Source of the DNA: Alphaproteobacteria bacterium
GTDB taxonomy: Bacteria > Pseudomonadota > Alphaproteobacteria > JAAEOK01
Assembly (NCBI GenBank): GCA_024244705.1
Contig: JAAEOK010000060.1
Coordinates: forward strand, 27,146 to 91,145
Reading direction: 5' to 3'
DNA length: 64,000 nucleotides
The notes beneath the pieces are model-generated. The model was given only the letters and a program-made list of their open reading frames with translations. It was not told the origin of the DNA and made no database searches. Position 1 is the stretch's first letter; the number at the start of each line of letters is the position of its first letter. The position numbers and the translations under genes are program-made. Of the stretch, positions 56,272 to 64,000 are shown in pieces.

Positions 56272-57023
56272 GCCACGACACGCCGCGTGCAATCCTCTTC
56301 GATTGGGACAAGACCCTCGTCGATAATTGGGCCGCAATCCATCTGGCCGTCAACGCGACCATGGAAGCGATGGGGCAGGCGCCTTGGACTCTCGAGGAGA
56401 CCCATGACAGGGTCCGCGAATCGATGGGGGACAGTTTTCCGCGAATGTTTGGCGCCGAGTGGCCCCGCGCGCGTGACGTCTTTTACAAGGCTTTTCGGAA
56501 GCATCATTTGCGAGCGCTGCGACCGTTGCCGGGCGCGGAATCGGCGCTGCAGGCACTGCGGCGGGACGGATACTATCTCGGCATCGTCAGCAACAAGCAG
56601 GGCGATCTTCTTAGGAGCGAAATCGCTCATCTCGAGTGGCGGACGCTCTTCGATGGGGTCGTTGGCGCGAGCGATGCCGCTCGCGACAAGCCGGCACGAG
56701 AACCGGTGGAGTTGGCGCTTGCAGGTGGTCCGCCGCCGGGCCCCGCCGTTTGGTTCGTTGGTGACGCCGGCATCGATATGGCGTGCGCCCGGGCCGCCGG
56801 ATGCGTTCCGGTCCTGATCGGCGGGGCCGACCCCGGGACCGCGGAATTCTCATATGCGCAGCCGATTCATCACATACCTGACTTTGAGGCCTTGTTGATG
56901 CTTGTTCGAAGGCCCCAAAACACCATATTTTGTGGTGTCGCTCCGCGCGTTGGTGGGAACTGCGACAACACGGTACGGGCCCGTTCGGACAGGGTCCCAA
57001 CAAATCAGCAAAAGAAAGGATAA
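56268..57023 (+). CDS. HAD superfamily hydrolase (phosphoglycolate-phosphatase-like) with a low-complexity C-terminal tail reading into the hfq leader
   Basis: [11 protein letters not shown] (DxDxT), SNKQ, GDAGIDM motifs; ATGA overlap with trkA. Confidence 0.7.
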   Translation: MSHDTPRAILFDWDKTLVDNWAAIHLAVNATMEAMGQAPWTLEETHDRVRESMGDSFPRMFGAEWPRARDVFYKAFRKHHLRALRPLPGAESALQALRRDGYYLGIVSNKQGDLLRSEIAHLEWRTLFDGVVGASDAARDKPAREPVELALAGGPPPGPAVWFVGDAGIDMACARAAGCVPVLIGGADPGTAEFSYAQPIHHIPDFEALLMLVRRPQNTIFCGVAPRVGGNCDNTVRARSDRVPTNQQKKG

Positions 57024-57027
57024 GAAA

Positions 57028-57294
57028 ATGCCTTCGGAAAAAAGCCAGAATGTCCAGGATGTGTTCCTGAACCATGTCCGCAAGAACAAGACCCCGGTTA
57101 CGGTCTTTTTGATCAACGGCGTAAAACTTCAGGGTATCATTACGTGGTTCGATAATTTCTGCGTCCTCCTGCGCCGCGACCAACATTCGCAACTGGTCTA
57201 CAAGCACGCAATTTCGACGGTGATGCCGGCATCGGCGATCCAGCTGTTCGAAGCCGACAAGGAAGCCGCCGCCGCCGGAGCCGACGGCGAATGA
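57028..57294 (+). CDS. hfq: RNA chaperone Hfq
   Basis: [39 protein letters not shown] Sm1/Sm2; RBS AAAGAAAGGA. Confidence 0.95.
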   Translation: MPSEKSQNVQDVFLNHVRKNKTPVTVFLINGVKLQGIITWFDNFCVLLRRDQHSQLVYKHAISTVMPASAIQLFEADKEAAAAGADGE

Positions 57295-57301
57295 TCGAGG
57301 C

Positions 57302-58663
57302 TTGACCGAGCGCAGGCCAGCCGTAGGCGCGAATGGGAGCGATATAGAATCCGCTCTAGTCCTGCACCCGCTTATTCGTTCGACCTCAGCGGAGGATAAT
57401 CGGAGCGCCGAAGCTCGCCTCGACGAGGCGGTCGGTCTCGCGCAAGCGATTGAGCTTGTTGTTCCCCATGCCGAAATCGTTTCGGTGAGGCGTCCGCGTC
57501 CGGCGACATTGTTTGGTGCGGGGGCGGTGTCGGATCTTGCGTCGACGGTGACCGCCTTGGACATCGACGTGGTCATTGTCGACGCCGCCTTGAGCCCGGT
57601 TCAGCAGCGCAATTTGGAGCGCGCTTGGGAAGCAAAGGTGATCGACCGTACGGCGCTGATCCTTGAGATTTTCGGTGCCCGGGCGCGGTCCCGGGAGGGT
57701 TCGTTACAGGTCGAGCTTGCCCATCTCACCTACCAGCGCAGCAGACTGGTGCGAAGTTGGACTCATCTCGAACGGCAACGCGGCGGCCTCGGCTTCGTCG
57801 GCGGACCCGGCGAAACCCAAATCGAAATCGACCGCCGCCTGATCGGCGAACGGATCATTCGAATCAAGCGTGAATTGAAGACGGTAACGCGGACCCGCGG
57901 TATTCATCGCGCGGCGCGGCGGCGGGTCCCGTTCCCCGTAGTCGCCCTCGTCGGCTATACCAATGCCGGCAAGTCGACATTGTTCAATCGCCTCACCGGG
58001 GCCGATGTCCGCGCGCAGGATATGTTGTTTGCCACCCTCGACCCGACCATGCGGCGGATTGAATTGCGGTCGGGACGCGAGGCCATCCTGTCCGATACGG
58101 TTGGCTTCATATCCGATCTGCCGACCGATTTGATCGCGGCTTTTCGGGCAACCCTCGAGGAGGTCGTCGAGGCGGACCTGGTGGTCCATGTCCGCGACAT
58201 CTCCCATCCCGATGCCGAGGCGCAGAAAGAGGACGTCCAGACGATCCTCGAGGATCTTGGTCGCAACGACCTGTCCGATGGACGGGGCATCGAAGCCCTG
58301 AACAAGGCCGATCGGCTCGATGATTCTGTTCGCTCTGCCATAATGGCGCGGCTTTTGGGCGGCAATTGGCCGGCGGTGCTGGTTTCGGCGCTGACCGGCG
58401 AAGGCTGCGTCGAGTTGATCGACCGCATCGACGCCACGTTCGACTCGGCGCGATGCGCGGTCGAGATCTCCATCGCGCCGTCCGAGGGCGCCAAGCTCGC
58501 TTGGCTGTATCAGAATGGTACCGTGCTGAGCCGTGAAGACGGGCCCGACGAAATTCGCCTGTTGGTTCGCCTCGATGAGGCGGATATCGGTCGTTTCGAG
58601 CGCCTCAAATCGGGCCCGGAAAGCACGAAAGAGGAGGCTGACGTCTCACGTTCGATGCGTTGA
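57302..58663 (+). CDS. hflX: GTPase HflX
   Basis: VALVGYTNAGKSTLFNRLT G1 and DTVGF motifs; TTG start. Confidence 0.9.
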   Translation: MTERRPAVGANGSDIESALVLHPLIRSTSAEDNRSAEARLDEAVGLAQAIELVVPHAEIVSVRRPRPATLFGAGAVSDLASTVTALDIDVVIVDAALSPVQQRNLERAWEAKVIDRTALILEIFGARARSREGSLQVELAHLTYQRSRLVRSWTHLERQRGGLGFVGGPGETQIEIDRRLIGERIIRIKRELKTVTRTRGIHRAARRRVPFPVVALVGYTNAGKSTLFNRLTGADVRAQDMLFATLDPTMRRIELRSGREAILSDTVGFISDLPTDLIAAFRATLEEVVEADLVVHVRDISHPDAEAQKEDVQTILEDLGRNDLSDGRGIEALNKADRLDDSVRSAIMARLLGGNWPAVLVSALTGEGCVELIDRIDATFDSARCAVEISIAPSEGAKLAWLYQNGTVLSREDGPDEIRLLVRLDEADIGRFERLKSGPESTKEEADVSRSMR

Positions 58664-58749
58664 TCGGCGGCGTCGGAACGATGGCTTGGCCGCAAATCCT
58701 CCATCATCCGGTCCGTTGTTCACCTTCTCCCTGAATTTGCTCAGGTTTT

Positions 58750-58780
58750 TCTTGACCGCAGCGTAATTCTGCCCACATAG
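58750..58780 (+). promoter_or_regulatory. Candidate groESL promoter (CTTGAC-N16-CCACATAG, sigma32/sigma70-like)
   Basis: Seen immediately upstream of CIRCE; imperfect match to CTTG-N17-CCCCATNT. Confidence 0.3.
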
Positions 58781-58782
58781 GA

Positions 58783-58809
58783 CTTGGCACTCCTGAATGG
58801 CGAGTGCTA
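58783..58809. promoter_or_regulatory. CIRCE (HrcA operator) TTGGCACTC-N9-GAGTGCTAA
   Basis: Near-perfect match to TTAGCACTC-N9-GAGTGCTAA, 57 bp upstream of groES. Confidence 0.8.
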
Positions 58810-58865
58810 ATAGTTGGAATTTTCGAATCAGGACCAGATTTACCGTTACCTAGTGGGGGAATGCT

Positions 58866-60813
<1,948 letters not shown>

Positions 60814-60839
60814 CGCGCCGTCCACAAGCCGAATTCGAA

Positions 60840-60868
60840 GGGCCGCCCGACAAGGCGGCCCTTTTTTT
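60840..60868 (+). terminator. Rho-independent terminator GGGCCGCC-cgacaa-GGCGGCCC then TTTTTTT
   Basis: 8-bp GC stem plus 7 T's, 27 bp after the groEL stop. Confidence 0.75.
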
Positions 60869-61011
60869 GGCGACTAGCCAGCGGGATTAATCTGGCGGCC
60901 GCGATCATGGCAACAGGGCGACCCGAGCCCACCAATGAGAATATTTCATGCTGATCGGATGAGAATTAGTAATATAAATAAATATCAAATACTTAAAACC
61001 TATCTCTCAAC

Positions 61012-61767
61012 TTAATCCTCGCGATGAATGCTCAGCGGCGCGAACGATTGAGTCAACGGCATCACTTCCAACCGGTTGATATTGATGCGGTTCGGAAGCG
61101 ACGTGATCCAAAATATCAATTCCGCAATATCTTCTGCCGGCAGCGCCCCCGAATTCTCGTAAACCGCCGCGGCGCGCTCGGAGTCTCCCTTAAAACGGGT
61201 CTCCGAAAAATCGGTTTCACACAGTCCCGGTTCGAGGCTGGTGGCGCGAATCCCCTTGCCGAGAAGATCGGCGCGGAGCTGCAGCGAGAAGAAATTCACG
61301 AAGGCTTTCGTCGCGCCATAGATGTTTCCGCCGGGATAGGCATAGGTTCCGGCAACGGAGCCGAGGTTGACGATATGGCCATGACGGCGCGCGACCATGC
61401 CCGGAAGGACGGCATGGGTGGCATACAGCAGGCCCTTGATATTGGTGTCGATCATGACTTCCCAGTCTTCGATGTCCGCGTCTTGCACTTTGTCCAACCC
61501 GAGGGCCAGGCCGGCGTTATTGATCAGGACATCGATCTCGTCGAACGGTGCGGGGAGGGATCTGACGCCGTCGTAAACGGCGTCGCGGTCGCGGACATCG
61601 ACATTGAGGACATGGACCGGGGTCTCGAGCTCTTCCTGCAACGTGGTGAGCCGGTCCATGCGCCGCGCCAGCAGCACCAGCGTAGCCCCGGCCTTGGCGT
61701 AGCGACGCGCGCTGGCGGCGCCGAATCCGGAGGTGGCGCCGGTAATGAAGACGACCTGGTCGTTCAT
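61012..61767 (-). CDS. SDR family NADP-dependent oxidoreductase (YdfG-like)
   Basis: VFITGATSGFGAA...YGATKAF (YxxxK) motifs. Confidence 0.8.
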   Translation of the reverse strand: MNDQVVFITGATSGFGAASARRYAKAGATLVLLARRMDRLTTLQEELETPVHVLNVDVRDRDAVYDGVRSLPAPFDEIDVLINNAGLALGLDKVQDADIEDWEVMIDTNIKGLLYATHAVLPGMVARRHGHIVNLGSVAGTYAYPGGNIYGATKAFVNFFSLQLRADLLGKGIRATSLEPGLCETDFSETRFKGDSERAAAVYENSGALPAEDIAELIFWITSLPNRININRLEVMPLTQSFAPLSIHRED

Positions 61768-61803
61768 CAAAACTCTCCTTCGGAAGAATGGGTCGCGGGC
61801 GAC

Positions 61804-62634
61804 CTAAGACGCGCCGTTGCGGCGTTCCCGTTCCTTGGCTTCGATCCAGAGCTTTTCCATTTCCTCGAGCCCGGCATCGCCCACTGCTGTACCACGCGCC
61901 TCGAGCCCGGTTTCAATCGCTTCAAAACGGCGGACAAATTTCGCATTGGTGCGGCGCAGGGCATCCTCGGGGTCGACCCCAAGGTGACGCGCCAGGTTGG
62001 CGCAGGCAAACAAAAGGTCGCCGATTTCATCGGCCAGCCGATCGTGATCGCCTGACGAAAGTTCCGCTTTGATTTCAGCGACTTCTTCATCGATCTTGTC
62101 AAAAACCGGCTTCGCATCGGGCCAGTCGAAGCCGACCCGCGCCGCGCGCTTCTGAAGTTTGTAGGCGCGAAGCAGCGCCGGCAATGCCGCCGGAAGTCCG
62201 CCCAGGACGCCGCCGGCGCGGGATTTCTCCCCATCCGAGGCTGCCTTGACGGCGCGTTCGGCGGCCTTTTGCTCTTCCCAGGCTCGGGTTTGCGATTCGG
62301 CGTCGTCGACGGTGGCGCCACCGAAGACGTGGGGATGACGACGCACCATTTTGTCCGATATGCCGGCGGCGACGTCGTCGAAGTCGAATTCGCCTTGCTC
62401 CTCCGCCATCCGCGCATGAAACACGACCTGCAGCAAAAGATCGCCTAATTCCTCGCGCAACTCGGTCAGATCGTTGCGTTCGATGGCATCGGCAACCTCG
62501 TAGGCTTCCTCGATCGTGTAGGGTGCGATCGTTGCGAAGTTCTGCTCGACATCCCACGGACAACCAGACACCGGGTCGCGCAGGCGTGCCATGATATCGA
62601 GGAGACGGTCGATCGGGGCGGGGACAGTCGACAT
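61804..62634 (-). CDS. mazG: Nucleoside triphosphate pyrophosphohydrolase MazG
   Basis: Two EExGDLLF-type MazG repeats (EELGDLLLQVVFH; DEIGDLLFACANL). Confidence 0.85.
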   Translation of the reverse strand: MSTVPAPIDRLLDIMARLRDPVSGCPWDVEQNFATIAPYTIEEAYEVADAIERNDLTELREELGDLLLQVVFHARMAEEQGEFDFDDVAAGISDKMVRRHPHVFGGATVDDAESQTRAWEEQKAAERAVKAASDGEKSRAGGVLGGLPAALPALLRAYKLQKRAARVGFDWPDAKPVFDKIDEEVAEIKAELSSGDHDRLADEIGDLLFACANLARHLGVDPEDALRRTNAKFVRRFEAIETGLEARGTAVGDAGLEEMEKLWIEAKERERRNGAS

Positions 62635-62948
62635 GACGGGCTAGCACGGTTTGAAGTGGGCTCTGAAGGCCGGCACGGTACACCAAGGTCACGGAACGTG
62701 GAAAGGTCGCGTGAGCGCCGAGACTGCGCGTGGAGCGGCCTGGAAAGGGCCGGGCCGTTTGGGGGAGTCGGTCCATGCAGCATCGCCCGAGTAGTATCAG
62801 AAAGTCGCATAATGTATATTATGGAAAATATCGATTGCGATAGGCAAGGCAGCGCTTCGGTTCCGTCAAATGGTCACGCCGCACGTTAACGCCGGTCCGC
62901 ACCCAATTGATTTCACGGGATAACATCCGCTTTCCGGTACACACGCAC

Positions 62949-63893
62949 CTAGCGATAGGCCGATCGCACGGAGGGTGCGCCGCGGAGGGCTCGGGCCATC
63001 CCCGGTACCTCGAGCAAATGGACGCCCAGTGCGACAACGGGCGTAATCGGCAACACATACCACGGCACGCGATAAGCGACGTGGAAGCGAATACAATTGA
63101 TCGTGCTCTTGATCGTTCGAAAGGCGACGATCAAAGGGATCCCCGCATAACCGAGACGCAACAGCCAAGCCCGCGGTAAGGAGCGATCGATCTGCCGCGA
63201 GCGGATCGAAGCGAACCCGGTTTGGGTCCGAACTGCATACTCGAACCGCCAACCGTCATGGGAGTGCACGACATGGGCGGCCGGCTCGTGATAGAGGCGG
63301 TAGCCGGCGCTTCGCACCCTCTTTCCATGAAGGCCGGTTCCGAATGGGCCGACCTCGTTGGTCAACGGATGGCGGAAAAACACGGAGCGCTGGAAGATCG
63401 CGTTGTTGTTCGTCACATAGGTCATCTCACCAGGCGGAAAAGCTTCCAGCGGAGCACGTTGGAGGATGGCGAGAATTCGAAAGATGAAGCCCCGGTTGCC
63501 ATAGGTCGTGCGACCGCACACGGCTGCGGCATCCGGTCGTGCCCGAATCGCTGCGACCAGATAACGCAGCCACGACGGGTCGGGCACCGAGTCTGCATCG
63601 AGAGTGGCGAATAGCTCCGTGTTCGCTTCGCGAGCACCGTCGAGCACCAGATCATAGGCGGTGGTCCCGTCCGAAATCAGAATCCGTAGCGCAGGAAGAA
63701 TTTCGACCAGATCGTCGGGAATGCGCTCGGCATGGGCCCGGCTTTCCACGAAAAACACGTCAAAATGCTCTTCGATGTCCTGCGCCGCGATGCCCCTCAG
63801 GCTGCGCCGAAGATCGGCCCATGCCGCCGCCTGATCGACCCCATAGTCGATGACGACAACAACCGTGACCGCCGCCTCTTTCAGGGCTTCCAC
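62949..63893 (-). CDS. Family 2 glycosyltransferase
   Basis: VTVVVVIDYG N-terminus; DADSVPD DxD motif. Confidence 0.65.
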   Translation of the reverse strand: MEALKEAAVTVVVVIDYGVDQAAAWADLRRSLRGIAAQDIEEHFDVFFVESRAHAERIPDDLVEILPALRILISDGTTAYDLVLDGAREANTELFATLDADSVPDPSWLRYLVAAIRARPDAAAVCGRTTYGNRGFIFRILAILQRAPLEAFPPGEMTYVTNNNAIFQRSVFFRHPLTNEVGPFGTGLHGKRVRSAGYRLYHEPAAHVVHSHDGWRFEYAVRTQTGFASIRSRQIDRSLPRAWLLRLGYAGIPLIVAFRTIKSTINCIRFHVAYRVPWYVLPITPVVALGVHLLEVPGMARALRGAPSVRSAYR

Positions 63894-64000
63894 CAGCCAT
63901 ACTCCTCGATTCGAATCAACGCATGCGGCATCTTATCAAGGTTGACCGAGACACCCCACGTCCCTCCTCTTTCGGACAGCGAGATCGATTTGACGATCGA

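Overview
This is a GC-rich (~60%) alphaproteobacterial chromosomal segment, and almost all of it is conserved housekeeping synteny. On the + strand the order is rpsB-tsf-pyrH-frr-uppS-cdsA-dxr-rseP-bamA-skp-fabZ-lpxA-lpxI-lpxB-gloA. On the - strand it is gltA, gltX, lexA, moeA-moaC-trpCDG, trpE and ppiD, with comEC on the + strand between gltX and lexA. Then on the + strand come tpiA-secG-pyrG-kdsA, a 2.5-kb insert, eno-ftsB-pdhABC-lpdA-lipA, dusB-ntrBC-ntrYX-trkA-hfq-hflX and groESL, with pgpA/ispDF, mazG and a GT2 glycosyltransferase on the - strand. I found no rRNA, tRNA, CRISPR, transposase or prophage genes. The most system-like unexplained element is the 2.5-kb insert between kdsA and eno. 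It encodes an AAA+ ATPase whose N-terminus carries a textbook MshEN (T2SSE_N) tandem 24-5-24 residue cyclic-di-GMP-binding motif, followed by a standalone CheY-like receiver. I interpret this as a candidate c-di-GMP-gated AAA+ remodeling module. Other notable points are the absence of lpxD from the otherwise canonical bamA-skp-fabZ-lpxA-lpxI-lpxB cluster, and an alphaproteobacterial SOS box (GTTC-N7-GTTC) upstream of lexA. There is a CIRCE operator upstream of groES. Perfect palindromes sit inside AT-rich islands between rpsB and tsf and upstream of pdhA. The lipoyl domain is duplicated (pdhB N-terminal fusion plus pdhC). A HAD hydrolase is wedged between trkA and hfq. Several convergent gene pairs have 0-18 bp between their stop codons. 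All calls rest on reading the supplied translations and sequence by eye. No database searches were run.
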